In this document: positions 1 to 12,518 of the stretch, piece by piece | How positions within the stretch are numbered: position 1 is the stretch's first letter | Layout of the letters: the number at the start of each line of letters is the position of its first letter | Made by a program: the position numbers and the translations under genes | The notes under the pieces: generated by a model | Databases searched by the model: none | Seen by the model: the letters and a program-made list of their open reading frames with translations, nothing else | What the model was told of the DNA's origin: nothing | Assembly (NCBI GenBank): GCA_000934665.2 | Contig: JYFJ02002021.1 | Span: 1 to 64,000, forward strand | Direction of reading: 5' to 3' | Length of the DNA stretch: 64,000 nucleotides | Source of the DNA: Catajapyx aquilonaris | Lineage: Eukaryota

Positions 1-1276
1 GTCGATCCTTCAAATCCGGATAATGTTGCCAAAGCGATACAGCCTAACACAAAGGTAGCTGTCAACCTGATCCGCGGTTTAATCATGTTTAATGTTTGGT
101 TAAAATTACAGATGGTCTGGGTGGAGACGCCAACCAATCCAACGTTGAAGATTGTGGACATACAGAAAGTGGCCGATATTGTGCATAAGCACAAGGATGT
201 TATATTCGCAGTCGACAACACTTTTCTGTCATCGTACTTTCAGGTACAGTAAACTAGTAAAGCATTCAGAATGTTCTCAAACACGGCTCATATCTCGGGT
301 ATGGAGATGATAATACCCATTTTATGAGGTACTTTACATATTGTATTCCTTTCAATGCTAATACTATCTCCATAATGACATGTGGCTGCTTTATGTTCAT
401 GTAATGATCTAATGTACTGAAAAATGGGAGAACAATCTGACTTCCTCAATGTTTCGATGGAAATATCCTCACAGAACAATATGAGTAAACAGACTCAACA
501 AAAAGCAACAATGGAAGAAACGATGACGTCAGATCGTTTTCCGTACATTATTCGCATTTATTCTCCCAGAGGCCTCTTTCGCTTGGAGCTGACATAACGG
601 TGTACTCGCTGACCAAGTACATGAATGGCCACACTGATGTGATAATGGGTGCTCTGACCACCAACAACGACGACCTCAATTCCCAACTGATCTTCCTCCA
701 AAATGCGGTTGGAGCCGTGCCGTCACCATTCGACTGCTTCTTGGTCAACCGGAGCCTGAAGACGCTGCATGTCCGCATGCAGGCTCACATGAAGAACGGA
801 CTAATTGTGGCAAAGTTCCTGGAGAAACACCCTTGCGTTCAGAAGGTGGTGCATCCGGGGCTGCCTTCCCATCCGCAGTACCAACTTGCCAAGCAGCAGA
901 GCTACGGATGCAGCGGGATGATGTCATTTTACATCAAAGGAGGACTGGATCAGTCGCAGAAGTTCTTAAAATCCCTCAAGGTCTTCACTTTAGCTGCGAG
1001 CCTGGGTGGATATGAGAGTCTTGTTGAATTACCGTAAGTAATTGCAATGTGCACTATGTCGGAAGAATAATAATAATCAGTTCAAATGCTGATTGGAACA
1101 TATCATTTGATGCTTTGTGAATTTACAGGTCGCTAATGACACATGCGTCTCTGTCGCCCGAAGATCGAGCTAAACTTCAGATTACGGACACTCTCATCCG
1201 TGTGTCCGTTGGGTTGGAAAGTCCGGAGTCACTTATTCTGGATTTGGATCAGGCGTTAAAAGTGGCCAGTAAATGA
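1..1276 (+). CDS. CTH: Cystathionine gamma-lyase, 3' part (gene starts upstream of the window)
   Basis: Exons ~1-54, 112-243, 570-1033, 1129-1276 joined by GT-AG introns. Cys/Met-metabolism PLP enzyme motifs: MVWVETPTNP, AVDNTF, SLTKYMNGHTDV (PLP lysine), SLGGYESLVELP..MTHAS, LIRVSVGLE. Stop TGA at 1274-1276. Confidence 0.93.
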
Positions 1277-1522
1277 ACGACCAAATAGTCCAATAATGAT
1301 GAATCATTCCACTTGTGCACATGCATGTCTATGCCAGTGACATTTTGTTATGGACGATGATGATTAGAGCATGTTAATTATTATAATTAATTGTACAGCC
1401 AGTTTGTTTTGCACGTTACGTTTGTAAGGGGTAATTTCAATAAGAAGCATTGGTTGAATTGACGATGGTTTATGATTACATGATATAAATTAGTTTAAAA
1501 TGAGGCATGTATGCGGAACAAA

Positions 1523-4386
1523 TCATTTGAAATCATCTGCAAACAGCTCGTTGAAGGAGCGGCTCAGATGTGACACCACTAATTCTGAGAGGTGGCTGGG
1601 TACTATGCCGCTCATGTGAATTCTGCCGCTTTCGACCATCTGCAAATGAAAGCAGCGTTAACAATTGCGAATATTTCGGAAGGGATTGCGCACAACTGAC
1701 AGTGAGTGTAAAGGCTGGTTCACCTTGTTCAAGTACGTGAGTTCACTCTGTCTGTACCTTTCTTGCAACGGGACAATACTCGGACAGTTATTCAGAGTGT
1801 CCAGGATGTGACGGAGGGACTTAATGAAGATGTCTTCAGTAAGGTAGTCGCAACTCACGCCCATATCGAAACTGTATGGAACATCAAACGACTCTTCCTT
1901 CGTTACAATCAAGCACCTAAAATTATCGGAAGAAGAACACCAATAAATTATTATCAGTGTTCATTAGAATCGCACAGAGCCTCGAGACGTACCTGTAAGT
2001 GGAAGCCAGTGACTTTACGGAACTGTAGGGACTGACAATGATTCCCACAAATGGAGACTCTTTCTGCGCGAAATATTGTTGAAACTTGTGTTGTGTCTCC
2101 AGATCTCGTACAGATGGGTTGGGAAGAAACGTCGGATGGGAGTGATACCAGCCTATCACCTCCAAACCCCTGGATCGAAGGGACTCGCCTGCTTCATACT
2201 GAGAAACTAAAAATTGTGGATCACATCATTAACGTACGTATCATAAAGCGAGAAAATTTACCCTTGTCGAACACTGTTATTCGTGTCTTACCTGGACACA
2301 TTTCGCACTGAATCCCAGTGCTGATGCTGCGACAGGGCTCGGCACACACAATTTCCAGCCTACACTCCGCGGTTCTGTAATAGCCGCCGAGTAATCCGAT
2401 AACTTCAGTGTGACAAGCATGAGAGTGGATGTCCATCACCAGGAGGGCGCCTATCTCCAGCTGGATCGCATACGGAGCCTGGTTGGAAATAAAAAAGGCG
2501 TACTTGAGCCAAGTAATTGTTAAGAAATTAGCATGAGACTAACCGGCTTCTCAGGTCCAAACTCGCAGCATCGTATGAGCTTAAAGGGGTCGCTCTTGTC
2601 CCTTTTCGGCTTGACGTTAACATTTCCTCCTCTTGCAGGAGCTTCGGGGAAGACTTTGCTCTCCACCACTTCCCCCATCTCGTTGTGCTGCATGGTGATT
2701 CCACCTTCCCCACAGATGTCGAGGATCCCTTTCTTCTTACGAGGTCTCACGGTGTCAAACATTCTCACCGAAAATTCATCTACGCTCTTGCTGTACACGA
2801 CGGAAGGAACAGTTGGTCTGTTGTACTGGGCCATATCACATCCGAAATTGATTGCTCCAATCTGCTCAAGGTACGAGTGAATCCTCCCGATGCAGTTGAC
2901 GTCACCGCAATTCTTCAGTCCGGGTCTGACTGAAGTTTTGGTGACATATTGAGGTCGGCATCTCCTCCAGCATTCCAAGATGTGATTGCGTATCCTCAGG
3001 TACCGCTCCTCAGTCTTGGTCGGCCTTCCTTCAAAAAACTCACTATGCACCTCCTTTTCCTGCTCACTCACTCTGTTATAATCCAGCTCAACCGCACATG
3101 TTGGCGCAGGAAGTTGCAGAATCTGCTCTATCAATTCCTGGTGGCTCGATCGGTCTTTAAACCGAGGCTCTTCTGCCATTGGGATTATGTCTGGAGCCAG
3201 TGGGTGGCTGGAATGGCATGGTAAAATTAGTGGTTTTGTTAATATCCTCTTCGGAATACCTACCTTGGCGTTTCGCTTACAACAGGCGGATGATTGGTGA
3301 CAACTGCGGCTTTCTGCACGTAATTGTCCATGACCATGTCACTGTTGAAGTCGTCAATGTCTATCTCCTCTTCCGAATCGGACTGCTCCTCCCGTCTGAT
3401 CCGCACTATTTCCTCATGAATGGCCGGGCTCCTCGTAGTCTTGGCTGGCACTTTGGTTTGTACCTTCACCTTCTTTGTCTTCCCACCGTCTCTCTTCCTC
3501 TTCCTCTCCCCGATGACAGGAACCGTGGTCTGACCAGTAGTGACCGCAGTGATAACTTCCTCCACCGAAGTCGGTATCTGGTTATCATCAAACACCTCCA
3601 CCCCCGAGGCACTCGCAGCCTCTTCCCGCCACTGGTCTGCCCCGGAAGGAGACGCCAGGCTGGTCGCTGGCGGACTGCTTCCGAGTACGTGGTAGGTCTG
3701 CCGCTCCTCCTGCAGCATCTTCTCAATGGCCATCCGGCTGCGCTCATCCACATGGTCCAAGTACCACGCAGACGGAGAGTCCAGCAGCCACGGATGGGGC
3801 ATCTCCGGAGACGGGAGAAGATCCGAATGCTGGACCAGATCTGGACTGGCGTAACATTGCGAGCTGTAAAAGCACGTTTAATTAAATTGGCTCGCTGATC
3901 CTTGTGGCCGACTGCTTCATAGATTGAACATTTGACCCGAATCCAGTGACCTGCTTGACCTTTGTTGTCTCCAGAATCACTAAGGTCATATCTACAAACT
4001 ACTTGAAAATGTACGACAGTAGGGACAAGATAACTTATGGGTTTTGGGAGGTGGCTTGTGTCCTTGGCTACCATAATTAGCCCCGCCCCCTGCTGAGTTT
4101 CGAATCCTGATTGGTTGACAGATAGGGGGCGGGACTATATTATGGTTGCCAAGGACACAAGCCACCTCCCAAAAACCCATAAGTTATGTTGTCCCTACTG
4201 TAGTGATAATCAAGTCGTTCTGACCTTTGACCCTATTTTTTCCCCCTGGATACGTGCAGGTAATAAAACGACGCCCAGTTTAATTCGCCTGACATGTGAA
4301 GCTCGACTTTGGAACAATTAGAACCCACAAACTTACTCGAGTTCTAATTTGAAGTCGCCCAAAATGTCCACTTCCTCGTCCGCCAT
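1523..4386 (-). CDS. MYSM1: MYSM1-like histone H2A deubiquitinase (SWIRM + MPN/JAMM)
   Basis: Exons (minus) 4386-4337, 3863-3264, 3207-2544, 2478-2292, 2206-1993, 1916-1724, 1639-1523, all phase-consistent GT-AG. N-terminus MADEEVDILGDF; AIEKMLQEE motif; SWIRM (FFEGRPTKTEERYLRIRNHIL...GDVNCIGRIHSYLEQIGAINFG); JAMM (EVIGLLGG...GWYHSHPTFLPNPSVRD). Confidence 0.9.
4017..4200. mobile_element. MITE with ~75-bp terminal inverted repeats (Tc1/mariner-pogo-like CAGT...ACTG ends) in MYSM1 intron 1
   Basis: CAGTAGGGACAAGATAACTTATGGGTTTTGGGAGGTGGCTTGTGTCCTTGGC... at 4017 mirrors ...GCCAAGGACACAAGCCACCTCCCAAAAACCCATAAGTTATGTTGTCCCTACTG ending at 4200. TA follows the right end; the left flank is GA. Confidence 0.85.
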
Positions 4387-4917
4387 TTTGACGTCGGTGT
4401 TGCCAACAGAACAGACTTGTTTTTTCCGCCTAAAAATTCACGCACACAATTAAACCCCGCATTACAACAAGGGCATGCTAATAAAATATAATTAGTAGTA
4501 ATAATGCAATAAATTAATTAAAAAATTATTATTTTATTGCAATTGTAATAGCTGCTATATAATAACAGTTAATTAAACATCAGATCGAATGCGCCAAATG
4601 CTGAGCTCATGTAACTTACTTTGAATTAGATTTAACTCTAAATTACAATTGTTCAGGTGTATATGTACAGTATGTACAGTATGTACTGTACAGCGTACAC
4701 TTATTGTTAATTAATATCACTGATCAGCCATCAGTGAAAGTAGCAGTTACATTTAAGCCGCTCTTTTTGCTCTCTTTATGACGTATGAGCAGCAGCTACG
4801 TTAAAGGCGCCAAATGATGGCCGCCATTTTTTTTAATGTCACACATTTTTTCATTTTTGCTTTGAAGTTGTTGTCGTCTCGTTTTGAAGCGATTTTAACT
4901 CGGTTTTTTATTTAATA

Positions 4918-5473
4918 ATGGAATCGGACGAAACGGGTTCAGAAGAGAGACAGGAACCAGTAGCTGAGATGGAAGCGGCAGGAGAGGTAGACAATACTGG
5001 TCAGTCCGACTCTGACGAGACCATACCGCTTGATCCGGAGGAGCTGATTGATGTGGATGAGATGGATTCAGAACCGGTTCAGAAGCAGTCTGAAGAAGGG
5101 TCAGCTCAGCAGGAGTCTGAAGGGACGGTCCAGCAGGCGGCCACAGACTCAGGTGTTGCAGCTGCAAGTACGAAGCTGCTCAGCCTTCCGTTGGCGAAGG
5201 TTAAGTCCATCATGAAGGAGGATCCTGAAGTACATATCGTCAGTCGTGATGCGATTTTGCTAGTTGCCAAAGCAACGGTAAGCAACATAAGCAAAAAAAA
5301 AAGTGTATACATTACATATTTTTCTATTGCAGGAACTGTTCGTTCAAGGTCTCGCCAAAGATTGTCACAAAATATCAGTCGAGGACCGAAAGAAGGCTGT
5401 GAGGAAGCAGCACGTGGAATCCTGCACGGCTCGAGTGGACGCCTATTTCTTTTTGGAAGGAACCCTCGATTAG
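4918..5473 (+). CDS. POLE4: DNA polymerase epsilon subunit 4-like histone-fold protein with an acidic N-terminus
   Basis: Exons 4918-5277 and 5333-5473. LPLAKVKSIMKEDPEV...LLVAKAT|ELFVQGLAKD...YFFLEGTLD* matches the NF-YC-type histone fold and the C-terminal FLEGTLD of POLE4. Confidence 0.85.
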
Positions 5474-6728
5474 ATTCCACTGCAAATTGTACAAATAAAA
5501 TTGTTTCATACGTTCGTACCAGGAATGTTATCAGTCACATAGCAAATTAGTAGCAACCGCTTTATTTCCAGCAATCAGTATTGTAAAGACAATCATTTTT
5601 TTTGTGTTTTTTTTTTTGGGTTGACAAAAAACAAAAAAAAGTCACTTGAACAGCATCAATCACGGCCACACAAATAGTCTTGGCACATACAAGCATAATT
5701 CCAAGAAACAAAAAAAAAATTGGGAAGGGAAAATTAATTATCTTGCAAAGTCTCAAAACGTTCGCTCTATTGGTCAAACAAAATAAGTGAAAAGACTTTC
5801 TAACTACAAGAAAAATTGATTTTTGTTTTTTTTTTTTTTGCCCAAAATTCCCAATCACAGCCAGTGACAATTTTTTAAGTTTCCGAATAAGCATGGAGGG
5901 TTATAACTGAAAAAAGTGATTCTAATCGTCATCCTACACGAAATAAATAAACTACATCTCACTTTCCTTTTTTAAAAAAAATGTTGCAATTGAGATTAAA
6001 GACAGGAAAACAATATTAAAAAATAGTCATGTCAGATGAAACAAGAAAAAAAAAATATTCATACTAAACAAGTACGTGAACACAAGTACTGTACTCAATA
6101 TTTTCAACCGCTTTCCTAAAAAAGCGACAGTGCAACACTTTGCATAGCCTGTTGTTGTTGTTGTTGTTTTTTTTTTTTAAATAGTTTACCAAGCAATTTG
6201 CAAAATCAAACTTCAAACCTGAGATCCCATAAAATTATAATAATGACAGGCGGTATGGAGAGGGGAAAAAAAATAAAAAAATGGAAGCCATTTAAGTAGA
6301 TAGGAAAAATTACCTTAATTCCTATTGCAATGCTGTTAAGTTGTGATGTGAAAAATTTTCCCCTCCCTTCACTTCGTATCCAAAAAAAACAAAACATAAC
6401 TGCACACATAACCCCAGTGGAGACATGGAAGAAAAAGAAGAAAAAAAAAAAAATCTCGCAAATAAAATTCCACCAATCACAACATCACTCAGATCTACAT
6501 TACACCAAACACCGGGGCGGGTCAATATTTTTTTTTCCTCTGATCCCGACTACTCATACAGTTTCAACCAAAACATTTAAATCCATTATTCTTTTACTGA
6601 AACAGGCTATGCTTCTGTTATGTTTCTACTATAACTACTACTTGCGGGAAGAGTCGGGGAGGAGGAAAAAATTGTTGTGAAAAAAAAAAATGATAGAAAA
6701 GGAAAAAATCCTTGTCGGTGGAGAATTA

Positions 6729-9700
6729 TTACTTCCGCTTCTTTCCTTTGTTGCGACGGGAGGACTCGTGGCGTCCAGACATGTTGCTTCCTTGGTTGGG
6801 AGTCTCCCCTCGGGTACCATTGTAGAAATTGTTCAGTATGTCTTCTAAGTCAGCATCACTGCAAATCAAATACTTGGGTTAGGAAAATCATTGCGTTCAT
6901 GTGCACATTTTTAATGCCAACTTGTTTCCAGCTTACTTGGCAAAATACAGTGCGTTCCGAGTATTGGCGTCTTTTTAAGTTTTCACTAATATTGCAGCAG
7001 AAGTTTGTCAGCTACACAAAATGACCTCGGAAAAAATTCACAATAACTAAAAGGACCTGAATACTCGGAACACACTGAGTAACACTGACTTGAGTAAACC
7101 TGAGCCAGTCAACTCCAAATGGGCCTGGCTGTGAATAAATTAATGTATTCTTCGGGAAGGTCTCACATACCAACAGAGCTAAGTGCTTGACATCCGAGTG
7201 ATTAATGCCAGCACAAACTTCAATGGGTACCTTCTATCCAAACATTTTGGTGACAGGGATAAGGAATGGCTGCGGAAGGAAAGGGAACAGCATAGGTAAG
7301 GTGATGGCAAGGTTTGTTAAAACGCAATCTCCAAATGGTGTCCATGACAAAAGTTAGTTTCATAAAAATATGGACCAATTATTAGAATGAAGTGGAGGTC
7401 AGTTAAATCGCTTCGTTGGGATGTGGTCATAAGCCTACCCTGGAAGTCCAAGGCCACAGCCAAACATTATTTTGGGGGCACGTTGAAGCCATCAGGGTAG
7501 AATTAATATCCTCGGCCTTTTATTTCATCACTCCTCCATATAATTAAAAAAAAAAAGGACAGGGATTTGGATGGGTTCCTCACTGTTTACGGCAGCTTAC
7601 CTGGGGTACTGTGCCGGTTGCTGTCGGTGGTGACTGGCATGTCGCCTTCCTAAGACAATCCGGTACTGCACAGAATGGGAGTTGGCCCTCAGGTGCTTCA
7701 AGTTCTCCACCTGGCAGGCCGCCCACTCCGTTATGTCGTACACCACACCTTCCATGCACGCATAGTAGTGCCACAGGAAACCCAGCATGCTGCTCTCGGC
7801 CCATATGTCTCCCTGGTGATATTAAAACACATTATGGTATCAAGTAGTGAACCTAGCTATGAAACCCAATAAAAATATGACTGACCTCTCTTGCAGCATG
7901 ATGAATCTTGCACTGTGAACAGAACCTGGCAGCGTAACAAGGCCGGTCGGTGTGCATGCGTCGATGCCTCTTGTTGCAGTTAGTGCACCTGATGGTGTTG
8001 GCCACTTCCTCCATCTTCCTATGCAACTGCTCCACCAGGTCCGAGAGTTCGTCCCTCTGCTGCTCCCTCTGCGCTCGCACCTGGGCTGCCCTGAGGTCAT
8101 ACTCCGCTCTCTTCTCCGGCTCACCAATCAACTCAAAGGCATGGGCCAGGATTTTGAAGGCCTCTTCCGCTCCAAGCTGGTGGTTCTTGTCTGGATGGAC
8201 CAGGAAAGCCTGCCGCTTGTAGTACTTTTTAATGTCTTCATCTGTACAGCTTTGTGTCACACCCAGGATGCTGCCAAAACGAGCAAAGTTTGTAAACATG
8301 CACTTGCTACAAGGCAGCTACTAATTATATTATTATCAAACGAAATCAATATTAGCACAGTTGGATGGTGTTATGCAATAATGTGTCAATCTCTCACCTA
8401 TATGGATCTTTTCCTTTGCATGATAACAATCTCTTCAAGGCCTCTTCTCCAGTGGATGGCAGCGAGATGTTGCAGTCTAGTCCTAGCGAGCAGGTATCCG
8501 CCACCGGACTGGTTCTTAAGGAGTTAATCACCTGTCGAAATCGAACCTTTGCCCAGTTCCAAGTATGCAGCACTCCAACCATCCCACGGTAAAGAATCCA
8601 GTTCCAGGTACGTACACCCCTAACGAACAGAAAAAGTGGTACTGTCAGCATCTTTTAGTCTTTTTAAAAAGGAGCAAGGGACTTACAAGTGGGCCAGAAG
8701 TCGCGAACTCATGGTGACAACATCGTAGAGCAGTTGCAGCAACCAGAAGGTGGCGAAGAGAGCCATGCATCCCCAGCGCTGGCAGTACAGGGCTGTCAGT
8801 TGGCATAGTGTCACTAGAAAAGGTCGACATTCCAGGTATTTCAATGCAATTCTGTCAACATCGTTATAACGCTGAACTCACCGATAAGGAAGGTTTCCCC
8901 TTCCCGCCTCTTCCCGCTACGATGCCCCTTCCTCATGAGGGGCTCCTTCGTGACTTTCTCAGTGCGAGGAAGACCAGCAGGGATGCAGTTGACCCCGGAA
9001 GCCCCTTTGCCCTTTTGCCCGCCTCCCTGTTGCCCTCCTCCCCCTCCTCCGCTGGAAGCCGCAGCAGCGGCAGTAGCAGCAGCGGCTCCTCCCGATCCGC
9101 CTCCTGTGCCACTTCCTTTCTTTTCATGGGAGCAGGCCATGCAGTTCTTGGGTGAAGTGGCAATCGGAGTCGGAGGTGCAGGAGCAGCAGACCCTGATGA
9201 CGATTCACGAGCCACGTTCTTCTCTGGGCCACCATTCAGCCAGGATGTCTTCAGATTGTTGTTGATGTACATAGGGCTCTTCTGCGGAGGCTGCTTCGGC
9301 TGGTTGCTCGACACCACCTTGTCATTGTTCAGGAAGGTCGTATCCGACACCGACTTTTCACCTGACAGGAAAGGAAAATATTCCAGGTTTCTATGCCACG
9401 TTCAAATGAGATTTTCAGCCAATTGTACTCTACAAATGAGCTACATACCATGACCACTCTTGGATTTGAACGAGTTGTGCTCCGGAACAGTCTCCCAAGC
9501 ACTTCCGTTCACTTCCTTGATGTCTTCCTTCACATCTTTCCCATTGCAAGCCTCTGCATTGGTGGCGGTCAACTCCACCTTGGATGGCTGCAGATCAACG
9601 AGTCGGATGACCCTTGGAGTCTTTTCTTCTTTAGGGTGATGGTGATGGTGCTTCTTCTTCCCTTCCTCTCTCTTTCCGCCTCTCTCTCCCTCTCCCGAGT

Positions 9701-10301
9701 GCTGCCTGGAGAGTGACCCTTTCCGAGCCTTGCCCTTTAAACCAGGAGCCGATTTAGTGCGGGTCAATGGAAGCGGTGGAGTTGACGCCTGAGCCTGGTT
9801 GGGTGGCGGAGATCGGCTCAATACATCTGAGTAACTAGGCCTGGCTCGTTTTGGTGGTTCCGGCTGCGGGGGTGGTTCCGGCTTGAATATTGGCGCAGCA
9901 GGAACAGGCCCAGGAGCCACATTCAGAGGCGGAACACCACTACCAAATGGGGAATAAGTCCCAGTTGAAGTGGGTGCCCAGTTTCCAACCATTGCATTCA
10001 AGACGTTATCCTTAGTGCCATTATTCATAAAAGAGCCATTCATGCTCATGTGTTGTGAAGTATATAAATCATCAACGCCAGACCATTGTCGGAAGCTGCC
10101 AATAGGCGGGCGAGGGTCAGACCAAGGCGCAGGACCAAGGGCAGTGCAGGGAGCAGAAGACGGAGTTGGAGGTGGGGTGAAGCCAAAGGGGTTATACTGC
10201 CCCTCGTGTGTTAGTTCAGTGGCAACATGTTCCAGCAGGCGGTCCAGAGTACGGCGGTCCTGCGAATGGTTCAGGAAGCCCCCGAATTGATTGCTGGTCA
10301 T
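6729..10301 (-). CDS. DNAJC14: DnaJ homolog subfamily C member 14 (J-domain + Jiv90 domain)
   Basis: Exons (minus) 10301-9449, 9361-8882, 8813-8687, 8619-8398, 8270-7886, 7812-7601, 6858-6729. LPSTGEEALKRLL, DPYSILGV...LVHPDKN...AEEAFKILAHAF (HPD motif), Jiv90 CTNC...ARFCSQCKIHH..EGDIWAES..YYACMEGVVYDITEWAACQ. Basic C-terminus KGKKRK*. Confidence 0.9.
6948..7077. mobile_element. Small MITE (CAGT...ACTG TIRs) in the last DNAJC14 intron
   Basis: TA-CAGTGCGTTCCGAGTATT at 6948 and AATACTCGGAACACACTG ending at 7077 form ~18-bp inverted repeats. Confidence 0.65.
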
Positions 10302-12361
10302 GGCTATTGGTGGCAATGATCACTTGGCTGGGTTAAAGGAGCCAATCAGGCAGTGGGTTCCACCTGTTAAAATGGGAGAGAGAGGAATTTATACAGTGAA
10401 AGTAAACCACTTTTCAAACTCTACAAAATGCTACAACTATCAAATAACTTGCGGATATTAAAATAAATCTTCACTCTCAATAAGGAGCAATTAAACATGC
10501 CATAACGACAATTCACAAGTTCTTCAGACTTGACTGAAAATGACGACGCGACATTTGAAAATAAACATGTTTACAAATTCATCCCTTGCATGTCAATTAC
10601 TCAGTTTCACTCCACTATTCACCCTTGACATGTTGTTTTTCTTTTAATACAATTTACTGTGCAAAACTGTCACTTGGTTGGTAGTTTTATACGCATTGTT
10701 AATGACAAAGTCCTGGGGAAAAAGTCAAGGTCATGCAAACTCTTGGCAATGTTTACAAAAACACTTGCGGAAGGTTAGTGCAAAATTTCCTACAGTAAAA
10801 GCTGTTTACCATAGCATAAAACACATCATTTTAAATTATTTTGGAGCAACACAGTGCGGCTAAAGATGAAGGTATTTCGTTGTCAAAAATGTTGCGGAAT
10901 TATTCAGACAGTAATAAAAGTCAGTTCATCAATTAATCCATAATAACGCTCATCTGCTTTGGTGATGGTAGACAGACACATTACAACAATATTACGATCC
11001 CAGTCCCAACCATTTCCCCGACTGCGGTGCACATGTATTACAAGAATCGCGGATGCAACAACCTAACGCCAGATACAAACATCTGCTTAGCAAGGTTTAT
11101 TATGTAATCAACTGAACCTGGCACAATGCTAAACGAGCTTGGAAGCTGTAAAAAAATATATTAGTAGGCCATGACTTTCTCCTAACCTTGCATTGTCATT
11201 ATGATTAATTGATAACACACCACCATCCTACATTGACCTATCCTAACAACCTTCACACAATAACCTGCAGTGCCTCATATCAATTTCAGCCATCAATGAA
11301 GCGCAAATATGCACAAACGGGAAGAAAGAACACGTTTCATTCATTGCCAATTAATGAGCTCTTTGTCAGCAGCCGTAATGTAAAAAGTACAACTTGCTAC
11401 TCAGTATAAGTTCCCGCAATTTATGGCAGCCTTCATTCACACACACACACATCAGGTGATATTCCACCGTATACGATGCAGAGTAACACTCGCTTCATAA
11501 ATGACACAATGTCCATTGTTCCCGTCTCCCAACATCAGTCGAACACGACATATCCCTTGCCATTTCACTCTTGGCAGATCACAATACCCTCGCGGATCAA
11601 GCATTTCCACCTCATTCGCCACGGGAATAAATGAGACCTGCTATCCAATAAATTCATTAATTATAATTTCTTCTCTCCAAATTTCAAAATTAGAATAGAC
11701 TTACACACGTTAGCATGAAGAGCACAGAGTTATGTAAATTATACCCACCAGTTCAGAAATAGATTAGATAATTTTTGCATCCACTGCAGTCAGATTATGT
11801 AACAATGTCATTTTGACTAGCGCAAATTGAGGGAGTAGAACTTGACACCAATTTAAAACAATGTCAGTGTCCGGTGGCGGGGAAACATAATCCCAGGCAT
11901 TCCTTTTTATAAGGTCAATCACTCACGAGGATATGCTCAGGTTGCATTTTTCCGCGTTCCTTCAAGTTGCACAATGCCGATAATACGAACAATGTGCTTA
12001 ACGTTTTTGAAAACAACTTCTTGCTCAAAATTACACAGAAAATAAATATTTCAAGTTTTTGAATTCCACGCCTGGTAATAATTATTATTTAGTCATACTT
12101 TCATCAAATCTCTCAATATGCTAACTCAATTATAAACTATCTATCGTATCAGGGGCATAAAAGATGCCTGTCAATATTGCATTACGTCTTAAAATTGGTG
12201 GAATTAGTGTGTGTCTGCCTCGGTCGCAAATTGAGTTATCTCCTTTGCCAAGAAGTGGTTAAAGGGTCAGGAGTTGGCTACTGCAGTATCACATCTTTTA
12301 TAGGATAAAATACACGCGATGTGAAAATAAGCCACGTGTCACATTATAAAGTGAAAACCAA

Positions 12362-12518
12362 CAGTAAAACCTCGATATAACGCTCTTCAAGGGACCGCCC
12401 AAAAGTAGTGTTATATGCAGGAAAATTTACCTTATGGAAATGATCGAGGGACCGGTAAAAAGGGGCATTAAAAGCGGGAAAGCGGGAAATGCAGGGGCAT
12501 TATATCACGATTTTACTG
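12362..12518. mobile_element. Tc1/pogo-like MITE in the DNAJC14 5'UTR intron
   Basis: CAGTAAAACCTCGATATAA at 12362 versus TTATATCACGATTTTACTG-TA ending at 12518 (imperfect TIR, TA on the right). Confidence 0.7.

Noticed and set aside
3179..3898. 239-aa plus-strand ORF
   Set aside because: Antisense shadow of MYSM1 exon 2; non-ATG start and no recognisable domain.
10320..10322. In-frame TGA before DNAJC14 as a possible selenocysteine codon
   Set aside because: No SECIS-like structure could be recognised by eye in the A/T-rich 3'UTR, and there is no redox motif context. It is kept only as a uORF stop.
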